A stretch of DNA of 63,957 nt, the filler included, from Choristocarpus tenellus KU-1152 (taxonomy: Eukaryota; Protista; Phaeophyceae), in assembly GCA_964200185.2 (NCBI GenBank). It is 11 parts of 11 records of this genome, joined end to end, with 100 filler letters (N's around TTAATTAATTAA, not from the genome) between each part and the next. Parts side by side here need not be neighbours in the genome. Positions count along the whole stretch, not along the records: positions 40,057 to 45,924 come from CAXNAD020009550.1; positions 46,025 to 48,880 come from CAXNAD020024169.1; positions 48,981 to 53,443 come from CAXNAD020014430.1; 8 more parts are not named here. The stretch is one strand, 5' to 3'. Under the pieces are notes generated by a model that saw only the letters and a program-made list of their open reading frames with translations, searched no databases and was not told the origin of the DNA. Below are positions 40,089 to 51,647 of the stretch, in pieces (positions within the stretch are counted from its first letter, which is position 1; the number at the start of each line of letters is the position of its first letter). The translations under genes and the position numbers were made by a program.

Positions 40089-43082
40089 ACCGCCATTATT
40101 CCTCTTTCCCTCCCTCCCCCACCCCCACCCCCACTCCCCCCTTTTTGAGCTAAATAGAGCAATGTAGCATATTAGTACATATATCCCCTCCTCAATCTAA
40201 ACACATCCATTTCCAACCCCTGGTTCAACTCGAAACTATTGCAGACGTTTGTGGCATACAACTATAACCATATGCATATATCCATCTCATTACCCACACT
40301 ATTCTATCCTGAATCCCCTCCCACTTTGATTGTCTTGAACTGATTATCCCGCTATTGGGCACCATCCAATGCGCTCCTGCTATCACTTTCTTTGACTGTG
40401 GTCACTGGTTGTTAATGCTCGTAGCAAAGATGGCAAAGTACACTCCCGAAAACCGTAATACATTATAGCCCCATTTTTTACTTTCTTGTCAACCATCCAA
40501 CCTACCACCCTATAATATAACCTACTATGATAAATTTCACCTTTAAGACAAAGGGGTATCCAAGCTTGCTTGCAAGCAAAGTGGCGTAAGAGGTATGACC
40601 AATCATTCCTCCCCCCCCCCTTTGATTGGCATGCACTAATTATCCTGCTTTTTTTTTTACAATACGATTTCTCGCACAGTCAATTTCTTTTACTGTCGCC
40701 CATTGCTGTTAATGCATGTTTCACAGAAGAGAAAGCCTACTGCTCATCCCTTTTTGCTCTTATCCCGAATTCCTCATTTTCGTGGCATTCACTCCACCTA
40801 CCATTCCACCCTACCAAGTGCCCTCATCTAGTACTCCGGAATATCTATACGGGTTTGTTCTTGTTTTTCCTCTACTAATGAAAAGTTCTAACTCAGCTTG
40901 TTGCTAAAGCTACAGAAAGACTATGAATAATCTTATTGACAGAACACTTTATTCAAAGAGTGTCTTTCACAACATAGTCACCTCTATATCATTCTATGAT
41001 GACCCTCATTGTTTGATTTTGTCTCAAATGACTTGGGGCGAACAATATTGGCAGCAGGAACAACGTACTCATTCTATCACTGATCGATATAGACCTGATA
41101 TCTGCCCCAGCTCTAAATCTCATGCGACATATAACTGGTAATCGCTCTAGAATTGGTCTCACACCTAAACGGCCCACTCTATGACTCGTCCCCGTGTACC
41201 CCTTTGACTACAATTCCGGTAGAGAGAACTTATTTCACCACCCATGTCGCAGTGCCATCATACACCAAGACCACCATCATCTCCATACCTCGTAGACTTC
41301 TTCATACCATTTTTATCTGGTTCTCATTCATCGCCACCTTTACTACCAGGCATTCCCCTTTCTCCACAGTAATAAAAAAATTCTCAGAGGTTGCTTTCTT
41401 CTCGTCCTGCCTGACCTGCCCCCATCAACCTCAGATTTATCCTTTGTTCTGTCTCATCCCTTCCGACCTCGTGCTTCCAACCCTACCACTCACTTCTTTA
41501 ACTTCTCTCCTACCTCTTCTGCCTTTTAGTCACCTAGTACTCAACTCTTCGTCCACCGTCTCTTTATTTTTCTTTTACCCCTATCAACACTCCGGTCCCC
41601 ATACATCATCCCTCACACAGAATTCTCCCCCCCACAAAACTCAGATTACTTCATACACTTCCACTTTCGTCCCTTCTTCCCCATTCGATCATAAAATTCC
41701 CTTCTAGGTACACTACAACAATAGAATTGTACAGATGTACTGGGACAATGTAGTTATCTTCAAACGTGTTAAAATGCCATCAGAGCGCGCGCTCGCATAC
41801 ATTACAGCATTAGACTGGTCCTCATTTCAACAATATTTGCACCAGTAACAAACAAAGAACACCATGCATCAGATGATAATAATTTTGTTCCCCTCTCACA
41901 GAACATGATGATCAGAAAATCAATTTCTAGAAAATAGTATTGTGGTTTTCAATTATCGACTCTATATTCAAAAGATCCTCCGTTAGATTTACAATCCGTT
42001 GTTACATGGAACAGCATCATGGAAACCACATGTTGTGAGAAGAAGTGTGGCGTCTAACAGGTTCCAACTGGGTAGAACTGTGGGGGTGTTGATGGGTAGT
42101 CGCCGACTTAAATCACTGATCCACAAGAATACTACAGAAGATAGTACGAGACCACAATCCTCGCCGCATCATGAGGTTGATAATATATAGTATTATGCCG
42201 TTTCACATTTTGGAGATGCGGCAGGAGAAAAGTCAGTTCAATATTATAAGAACCCCTTTAACAGTCACAGTTGTCGTAAATGTGAAAGACATCTCTCCAA
42301 AATCTACTACTTGACTACCAGCTACGCTACACCACTCCCCCGCTATGCCTCCGACCTAGCTTACCCCTACACCACAGTGTGAGGAGCTAGTGAAGCATCC
42401 CAAGAATCTGACAGGCCCCTCCTTCCCCATCCCCAGAATGTCTCTAGGCTAAAACGCGCGACACGCCTTGATAGAGCCACTTGCATTGTCATAAATCCAT
42501 AACAGATCTGTGTATAAGAAGTAAGGGTAATGTAGAAGGGGTCCACAGTCACCTCAACTATCAAGGCCAGAGGACATTGTTAGGAAATTGACGCATTATT
42601 GGTCAAGATTTGGACCTTTATAGGAGAACAAGTTTTAAACTTGGAAGGTTTTCAGAACCCAGATCTGAGAAACGAGATTATCTCTATTCTCCAAAAAAAA
42701 CTGGATTCAACGAAATCATTTGATTGCCTCTATCAACACAGATAGCCCGAGTAAAGTGAGGGCAACAAATATATTAAAATATTTATCTACGAAAAATGAT
42801 TAGCCATCATTGAGATTCCTCAACCTTAGAATGGAGCCTGTTAAAGAGAACTTTTAACATACCACAAAAGAGTAACCCTTACAGCAACAAATATTTCCAC
42901 GGAGATATCAAGATTTTGAACCACATTATTGCGGTCAAACACACCAGTATGTTATCCCCACAGAACAACTTCTCAATTGCTGGAGGTATCTAGTTTCCTT
43001 ATAGGGGAAATGTTTAAATTGTCCTCTTTTGTTATCTTGTTGCCACCTCAAATTACCCCCACTCATAACAAACTGTAAGATC

Positions 43083-45896
43083 ATGATGGACGTGGAGAGG
43101 AGTGCTGGTGCTGCCAGAAGTCGATCGGAAGCACGTGAGCAGTGCTTCTGGTGGGTTGGGAAGCTCCTATTCATGATCATCGCTTGCGCAGCGTGCATCA
43201 CACTGTATCTCGTTGGCACTTTCACGAGCTTCAACTCCGGCATGTTCTACGTTACGGGCTGTAAGTGTTGCTTTGTGTAGACTGACGAAAATATTGAGTA
43301 TCCCTTGCCCAAAACCATGAGAGTATAATGCAAACAAGAAAGGACTGAGCGAGAGTGAGGTCTATCATTCATGACCTCTCAGCTTCCTCGTCTGTATGGC
43401 ACTTCATGCCTGTCAATCATACGTGGGTTATCGGTTTGGTTATCCTGGCAATGACGAAAGAATCTGCTGATTAAAAGTTTGGGAAGGAATGATATACCAC
43501 ACATGACTGCTTTATATATACATCTCTGTCCACCAATAACAATGTCGAAACAAGAACCAAATGCCCAAGAAGGAGTCAGCGACCCGTACCGATCTATATG
43601 TACGTCGCTGTGGCAACCATGTGAAAAGCAACATACCCTCAAACTGTAGTAACAGGCTAATAATTTGGACAAAAACCATACCTAAATATCATATAATGGC
43701 TCAACCCGAGCTCAGCTCATTCCTACCAGCGCAATAAAGTCACACGTATCTGTTACCACGTAGAGTGAAAGTACCTTAGAGGGTACGAGTTTTGCCCTGT
43801 TTGTCCATTTAGGGCTTGACTTCTCACGAGATTTTTAATGACATTTTCCTACGCCAACATATTTTCTGAGTAGATAAAATGTGTATGTTATGAAATAATG
43901 CGCCCGGAACATGTGTATTGACACTTCCTGACAAACACGATAGCCAAAATTACATCTAATTCGCAACATTGGATTTGACACCCAAATGGACGCGGCTCTA
44001 CCGTCTAAGATATTTTGGCTCCTTATTTCCTTCGCCCAGAAGTAGTTGTGCAAGAAGCGTATCTACGACTGAGGTCCCTCAGAACTACCCCCTTTACCAC
44101 TCCAACCTTAAACTCCTTCGTTGATGATACTGCCAAAGAGCTGTCTGACTTCATAGTGTTCATCCTACCTGTCATCTCGACTGCCCGTCCGTCCATCCGC
44201 TGGGGAAGATGGGATCATGTCAGTATCATACTATGTTTTTACCTCTGTATTAGCCTACTTGAACCGTCTCAGGGTGGATAGACTATCCAAGTATGGTGGT
44301 GAGGTCAGCAAGGAGGATCCATGGAAGCCATCGGTTACAGTCCATGTTGTGGGATACAAAGAGGATCCAGTGTACTTCCTTAACTGTCTCCTCTCAGTCA
44401 AAGACCTCCAGTATTCCAACATTGGTGCCATCATCTTGGTGATAGACGGCAATGAGGATGACGATTGGTACATGGTGGACATTGCGAATCAGGTATTTGG
44501 CACAGAGGCACAAAGTATTCGTCTTGAGGACAATCCCCGACTGACTGAGGTGGGATATGAACAGTTGCTTGCCCAGCTGGTAAGCACTCCATCTGGCGAT
44601 CCAACCACACAGGTAAAGAGCAATTCTAGGAGGATGTAGTACAAACACCAGGGTGGGTTGGGTCACAGATAGATAGCCCCTAGCACTTACCTATTTATAT
44701 TTTGCTTGATGTGAGTATCAACACTCGTTGTGGACCTGATTGACTCAAGCGATCCACCAAACCCAAGCACTCACTCATCCACTGGTCTTTACCATGGGCC
44801 AAAGCATTGAATTTGAGTTAATTCAACCCTAATAGTGTGAAGAGGTGCAACGGGTTGCTGGCGCAGACTGGAGGATGTTATGCGGGAGAGCCAGCTCCTA
44901 AGATTGTTGTGTGACTATATTCTGATGGACAGAGGCAACCTAAATTGGTCCTCTAAACCTATTGCCATACAGGTCTATATCATTGCACAGCCGCACCAGG
45001 GTAAGCGGGAGGCCTTATATACAGCCTACAAGATTTCTCAGTTTGTGGGAACCGAGTTCTTCTTGAACACCGATTCCGACACTGTCCTACACCCTCATTG
45101 CTTGGATGAAATGATGGTGGTTACGAGAGACCACCCAGAAATTGCCGGTGTTGCTGGCATGCTCACAATCTTTAACGTTAGCAACTGGCTGTCCCTCCTG
45201 TCTGCATCAAGGTCAGTCAGGCTCAAAGTATCTGGGGGGTGGGGGGTGGCAGCTGTCCATTCGGGACCCATTTTTCCATGTCGCGATTTTTGGGTGGTTT
45301 GGTTGCATGCGTCAGATGGATAATGTAAGTGCACTTCTCCTGGTTAGGGCCCCAATGGACACCCTGGAGTAGACCCCCCCCCCCCACGGATACTCTGCCC
45401 CAAAAGCCCCCCCGGGGTCTGCCCCCCCCCCCCCCCCACGGATACTTTGAGCCTCGAATTTGGTTTACTGCAAATATGATATGAATGGTGTATTGTGTGA
45501 ATTTTGTGCATAATATATGAAGATCCTGAAAGTCCTTCTTGCAATAGGTGAAATATTTAGCACTCCGGAGTGGTTGTAGTAGTCATGTTCGGTTGCGATG
45601 TATACTGGTGTCAGTCCATATTTTCTGCCATGTGATTGAACTTGAGGTAGCGACGTCGCCTCTGTGTGTGCAATCTCTTGTGTTTGACTGTACTTTGGCA
45701 AAGTCAAACAAGTAAGAATTGACACTGCACAAGTGTGAGTATGACAATACTCTCAATGCGGCTGTCACTGCCAACACCCATTGATTGTACGTTTCATTGG
45801 AATTCTCAGGTACTTTATGGCCTTTCATGTTGAGCGAGCTGCTCAAAGCTTCAGTGGTGTGGTTGGATGCATCTCAGGCCCCCTTGGTCTCTACAG
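43083..45896 (+). CDS. HAS: Class I hyaluronan synthase-like GT2 glycosyltransferase, spliced, 3' truncated by contig end. Exons 43083-43260, 44209-44579 (alt. donor 44612), 44973-45211, 45810-45896
   Basis: Exons splice in frame at GT-AG sites: two N-terminal TM helices with the YG motif built across intron 1; [40 protein letters not shown]; [12 protein letters not shown]; NTDSDT (DxD); WLSLLSASR|[29 protein letters not shown]. These follow, in order, the HAS motifs Y[QR]EDP, VIDG, GKRE, DSDT and RY..AF..ER..QS....V.C..GPLG.Y[RK]. The GDD and QxxRW exons lie beyond the contig end. Confidence 0.9.
43763..44021 (-). mobile_element. MITE family B in intron 1 of the HAS-like gene
   Basis: gagtgaaagtaccttagagggta ... 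taccgtctaagatattttggctc; flanks cgta/ctta; reverse-complement homology to 33404-33659. Confidence 0.85.
45220..45453 (+). mobile_element. MITE family A, full copy in intron 3 of the HAS-like gene
   Basis: TIRs ggctcaaagtatctggggg ... ccccacggatactttgagcc, with an internally duplicated right end; starts 8 nt after the splice donor. Confidence 0.85.
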
Positions 45897-46024
45897 GCAA
45901 GTCACGAGTCACATGTGGGGGGGGNNNNNNNNNNNNNNNNNNNNNNNNNNNNNNNNNNNNNNNNNNNNTTAATTAATTAANNNNNNNNNNNNNNNNNNNN
46001 NNNNNNNNNNNNNNNNNNNNNNNN

Positions 46025-46735
46025 CAGCGACGAACTACCCTTTCCTGGATCAGGGGGGAGAGACCTTTTCCCCAGGTTTCCCCTATTCCCCCCCCCTCCG
46101 AAAAAAATGCCAAATGGTTGGATCCCTCCATATCTTCTCCCATTTTCAGTGCATGTACCCACATCCGATGATGTGCTCCAAGACTTTGACATGAGTATGA
46201 GTGAGGGACCCCCAGGAGAAGGGTCCACCTGTGACTTCAGCAGGGATGGGGGTTCAGTGGAGTCCTCTTCAATGGAGGGTGTGGAGGCAATGAGGAGGTT
46301 CAGGTTAGCATCAAATCCAGGATCGAGGAGTTGACAGCAGTTACGGAGGATTGCTGAGGAGGACTTGAAGTTGGAAGCAGAGCCAAGAAAAAAAGTAGGA
46401 TGGACGACCACATTATTAGTGCCCTCATATCCACATTGGATTATGCGTCTAAAGACATGAGGAGACATATAGAAATCATGGAAGAAAATGCTACTGCTAC
46501 GGAAGATAGGAAGGAAAGGATGGAAGACAGTTGCAAATTTGACGGAATTTTCAAAACCGCTAAGCAAGCTTGGCAGACTTTTGAGAAGAGTGGCGATACT
46601 GTTCGGGCAGAGTTCTGTAAGAAACGGTATGAGCAACTGGTGGCAGTGAGGCTGGATGAGAATGTCAGTGGTGCTGGGGTGATGTTGGGAAATGGTGGGA
46701 CAGTGGCGAAGGGGGGGTTGACTTGCGGACTTTGA
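46025..46735 (+). pseudogene. Disrupted ORF convergent with the Harbinger transposase, possibly the C-terminal part of the element's second (DNA-binding) ORF
   Basis: Two charged, coding-like ORFs (46107-46334, 46400-46735) are separated by a stop and a frameshift. Their position tail-to-tail with the transposase fits the two-ORF Harbinger layout. No Myb/SANT motif is visible because the 5' part is cut by the spacer. Confidence 0.4.
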
Positions 46736-47458
46736 GGACAGACAGCAGTAGTGGGGGGATAGACTTAGGGAATCAGTTGTGACAACACAGCTGTAAGTGT
46801 AGTGCTCAGCAGTCTTTTACAGCGGTGACATGCACGTGGGTGTACCATCATCAAACTGGATGGCATTGGCAAATCTTTGTTTAAATTTGAGGTAATTCTT
46901 CTTAACGGAATTTATTTTTGTCTCAAGTCCTCTTATCTTGAGCTTCTGATGCATAATCAAACAAAGCTGTCAACCCTGACCTTCTATCATGACCTCGAGC
47001 AAGGTTAAAGTAACGATGGTGATCCCAGCGCTCTTCAGAAGGTTGGTTAGGGTATAATATTATCCACTACTCAAAATAAAGTGAGCTGCTCTTGTCCATG
47101 AGGACAATCTTTACCTAAATACATTGTCAACAACCAGTGGCAATTAATTCTTCCTTTTGAATGTTGACTCTCAACCACTCTCTACATTGTACTGACAGAT
47201 GACTCTTTTTCCTGTATTGCATCTTCCTACCTCTTCTTCTATGTACATTGCAAACATTAAATACCAATTGTACCGTTCACCATCACACAGAGTATCAATA
47301 ATGCAAAATGCAAAGCACTGTTTGACAAGCAAGATTCCATCATCAGGACCTCATCCAAACAACCTCTCCATTTTTCCCTTGTACTTACAGTGTGCTATGA
47401 GCCTATTCCTAAGCTCATCAAATCCCATCTCCCTCTCCACATACTCTTCAGACCCACC

Positions 47459-48800
47459 TCACCCCTGGTCCCTTGGCATGCCCATCTGTGTGAAATCAGT
47501 GTAAGGGTCACTGTAGAAGGCATCATGCAGACCAACATCCCCTGTCCAATCAGTGTTACCCTCCAACTCTCCAAGGCCATCATATGAATGAAGCATATTT
47601 TGCAATATGCAGCAAGTGAAGAATATGCTATCTATCTTCTTCCTTTCCGAATATAGTAGTGACAGCTTGAGGATTCTGAAGCGGCCCTTGACTCTGCCAA
47701 AAAAACACTCGACATACTTGCGTACACTCTCCACTCGTTCGCTCCACCTTGCCTGTGCCTGTGTGACAGATGCCCTCAGGGGGCATATTGTACACCTCCA
47801 CTGCAAATGCAAAGATCGGGTTGGGCAAAGGAATGTTGACTTGCTAGTTTGATGAGCAGTCATTTTCACAGGAGCTAACCCTAACATAGGCATGGCCGTA
47901 CAGTCACGTTTTTCCAGTCACCATGTGGTAGCCCCCATTGACAAAGACCTAGGCACCTTTCTCGGTGTTACAGTTTCCGACGGAGTCCTTGACGTTGTAC
48001 TCCAGCTGTCTGTATGTGGGGTCATTCCTAAGTTTCTGGATAGCACCATCATATCGAATGATTGTCTTATCATTTTTGGCTCCCGGAAACCCAGCCGTCA
48101 CTCCCCGTGCAAATCCAGTATGATCAACGGCCACTTCATAGGCAACCGTCGCGTAACCCTCCTTTCCGATGTAATACGGGGCATCACTAATGGGCGCCCT
48201 CTCCCACCGCACATTTGTCACATCAGTGGAACCCACAGCACCAGGAAACACCACACATACGTGCGCATGACCTCCCCCAAATCTTCGCCCTCTGGTAGAT
48301 AAGTCCATTTAGAGTACATATCACGCTCAAAACACTCAGAGAACGGCGAAATGTGGTTTGTGCTGTGCTCTTAGATATACCGGAAAGTTGCTCGATATCA
48401 TCAAAGTAGTTTCCCCTGGCGAGGATTTGGAGGAACGATAGCACCTGCAGGCGGCAAGTCATATCCAGTACTGTCAGACCAAAGGACGGTTGAATCCACG
48501 AGCCCTATCGAGGTAGCCCTTTCACACACAAACTCTACTGGTGGGTATGCTCACCTTCAGCTTCACGGGTATGCCAGGGCGTCCGGTGACATCTGCGGTT
48601 CGACAACCAAACCACCCCTGCCTTATTACCTCCTTTACTAAATCTTCAAAGAAAACAAATGGGACTCGGAATCGCCCCCTGAACTTCAGCGCCTCCCGCG
48701 AAGTGACGTCTCTCAGATCTTCCTCTCTCCCCAGATAACCCCCCACAAGCTCGCCATGCAAACGGGCCGGTCTTGGGGGATGTGAAACCTGCGAAATAAT
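47459..48800 (-). pseudogene. Decayed PIF/Harbinger-type (HARBI1 / DDE_Tnp_4 / plant transposon protein) DDE transposase with introns
   Basis: Fragments KFRGRFRVPF; GIPVKLK|VLSFLQILARGNYFDDIEQLSGISKST; FPGAVGSTDVTNVRW; GKEGYATVAYEVAVDH; FPGAKNDKTI; (stop)VFVNGGY; ESVRKYVECFFGRVKGRFRILK..IFFTCCILQNML. There is a frameshift near 48300, an in-frame TAG at 47949-47951, and DGGY has become NGGY. Confidence 0.88.
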
Positions 48801-49401
48801 GGACGTTCTTTCTCCTCACCCTCCTTGTCCATCAAAGCGGAGATGAGCAATATCCCAGGTGCGTTTATCCTAGATGACGCNNNNNNNNNNNNNNNNNNNN
48901 NNNNNNNNNNNNNNNNNNNNNNNNTTAATTAATTAANNNNNNNNNNNNNNNNNNNNNNNNNNNNNNNNNNNNNNNNNNNNAGCAGCAGCAGCAGCAGTGG
49001 GGGAGGGGGGGGGAAGAGAAATGGTCGGGGAGATGGGGGGTATTTTGGTCGTATGCATCTCACTACACTGGATATTTACTGTGCATGCAAAAGAGGTATT
49101 TATTTATTTACTTTCACTTCCATTATTTTGTTTTTTCTTTGTTGTTGCAGGATATGAGATAGGGGGTTTGTTGACCAATTGCGTACGAGAGGACCCACGT
49201 ATAAAAATAAAAATGTCATGCGGGGGAGGGAGATTGTTGCGATGTAAGAAGGTAAACATTACAAAATAAAGGAAAATAAAAAATAATATTCATTTTTTGA
49301 AACAGTAGTTCATAATTATTCTTTTTCTAAAAAAAGAACTATAAACAGCGGAAAAATTAAAGAGAGGTCAAGATAATACTTATCTCTCTCATTCTAACCG
49401 T

Positions 49402-49533
49402 GGATAGTGATAGTGATAGTGATAGTGATGAGATAGTGATAGTGATAGGGATGAGATAGTGATAGTGACAGTGACAGTGATGAGATAGGGATAGTGATAG
49501 CGATAGCGATGAGGTAGTGATAGTGATAGGGAT
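49402..49533. repeat. (GATAGT)n degenerate microsatellite
   Basis: Direct reading. Confidence 0.9.
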
Positions 49534-49626
49534 AACATTTGGTACAAAAAATAAAAATTAAAAAACACTCTTTTCTCTTTTTTAGTGTGTTCTGAAACTG
49601 TCACAAACTTGAACCTTGAACCTCAC

Positions 49627-51647
49627 CGTGGGGACCGCTAGACCATCTGCAAGAGTCGGTGTGGATGGAGTTGCCACAGGTTCCCCTGCCCTTAACGCTT
49701 CCGTGAGGCTAGCACAGAACTCGGGCTCGACACCAATCACCTGCCAGGACAAAAAAATGAAACGAAGTGAAGGACAAGACAAGACAAGACAAGGCAAGCA
49801 TGGGGGAGGAGCTTCGAGCAAGGAGAAATGTTCTTGATGATACATACATATATATATATACACACACATTTATACACGTATTTCTTTTCTTCTTATTTAT
49901 TTGTTCTCTTTTTTATTGTTATTTTATGGCGTTTCCTGCCTGTTCTCAAGTGGGTGTTTATTACCTTACTTGGACTACCTTTTCCACCACGGGTCTGGGA
50001 TCCCTAACACTAATGTCATCAAAACATTACAATTAATATTGCTATTGTTACTATTAATATTGCTATTGTTACTATTATTGTGTGTACCATTGAGAGTAAG
50101 TGATCACAGTGTATGTACCATGATGCTGTCTGAGAGGATGTCAGTGAGTATTAACCCTAACCCCACGCCAACCACCTTGTGGTACATGTGCCTTGAACAC
50201 AACTGCAAAGGCCACTTTGCCCTAACAATGCACTACGTATCTATCCTACCATAAAAAAATTGGTAAATTATTTAGATTCAGAAATAATATCAATTGAAGA
50301 TGAGAATCAAGATGTTTCTGTAGAAAAAATACAGGAAGACGATGATGATATTGTTAAAAAATTATCAGAACAGCTAGGCCTTTAATAACTAATAATTGGA
50401 GAATGTTAAGAATCTAATCTTCTTGAACAGTCACACCCCTCCTAGGGAGGGGAAGAGGGGGTGGACTCCATTTCAGGCACGGGCATGTTACATGTTGCAT
50501 TCAAAAGAAACCAAAAATTCTCTAAGAAAAACTCAAAAAGGGTCAAAATCGACCCCCATATCAAATTAAACGGCTTCACCTCTTTACCTACCAGCAGAAA
50601 AAACAATATATATATGTATATATATGTATGTATGTATGTATATATGTGTATGTATATATGTATATATGTATATAGCTCAAGTCGTTGCACATGACGCAGT
50701 GGTGGGAGTTCCATACATTCAGCCTGGCGTCACACATTCCCAAGACGTACAAGCCTCAAGTACACAATTTCTATGTTGTTAACACAGAAAAGAGGTTAAA
50801 AGACAAGTCACAAACTACACTTCCAGACTCAGCACAGGCAAGTGTCGTGCGTGGACTTGCATCCCACCCACAAGGTGGCCACTGCATCGCCTATCAAGTA
50901 CTAGCAACAGAGCTCTGGTTGTGGCGAACGCAAACCAACACATGGGCAATGTTAACAATGTTCTTGGGTGTTTTCTCTGTGTCTGTGTTCTACACAATGC
51001 ACTTAAGTGTCTGCCACATTGTTGTAAAAAAAAAACTTCAATAATGCACCATATCCCCCACACACAGTCATAATAATAATGATAGTAACATTTTGTCAAG
51101 ATAAAAATAACGACTCAAGCACACTTCCAGGGGGGGTTCACAGAAGGAAGGCGTGCTTGTCTGTATGTCTGTATGTATGTATGTATGTATGTCTGTATGT
51201 CTGTATGTCTGTATGTCTGTATGTATGTCTGTATGTCTGTATGTCTGTATGTCTGTATGTCTGTATGTCTGTATGTCTGTATGTATGTCTGTATGTATGT
51301 ATGGAATTGTGTGTATGCCCCACGGACACCAGTCAGTGCGTGGGAATGTTTATGTGTGGGAGGATGTGCATAAACATGTGTGAGTTTGTGGAGATGTCCG
51401 ATGTAAGAAACACCTCCATTCCACAAACCCTTCTTTCAACACTCACCTCGCTCCAATAGGCCAGCCCTCCCCCCCAATCCCAAATCTCCCTCCACTCCTT
51501 TATTTTTCACTCCTTTATTTTTCAGACATTCTACTGTAATCTGCATCTCACCTGAACCCCTGGCTGCAAAGCTTTGGTGGCAAGGGCAATTCCTGCGATC
51601 AGACCAGCTCCTCCCACTGGCACAACTATGTAGTCCACATCAGGCAC
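49627..51647 (-). CDS. Threonine dehydratase / PLP fold-II ammonia-lyase, two internal exons (51552-51647, 49627-49740)
   Basis: VPDVDYIVVPVGGAGLIAGIALATKALQPGVQ|VIGVEPEFCASLTEALRAGEPVATPSTPTLADGLAVPT contains the glycine-rich PLP phosphate loop, the GVEP motif and the T.ADG.AV motif. Both exons are phase 0 with canonical splice sites. Confidence 0.9.
51158..51303. repeat. (TGTC/TGTA)n microsatellite
   Basis: Direct reading; intronic. Confidence 0.95.

Noticed and set aside
40057-48880. HAS gene next to a Harbinger transposase, read as a transposon-borne cassette or gene cluster
   Set aside because: They are on different contigs separated by an artificial spacer (45925-46024), so adjacency is not evidence of linkage. 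The same applies to all cross-spacer neighbours.
51079-51459. Cys/Tyr/Met-rich or His/Thr-rich repeat ORFs
   Set aside because: These are translations of a TGTC/TGTA microsatellite in an intron. The same applies to the ORFs at 34919-35165, 49389-49604 and 56360-56635.
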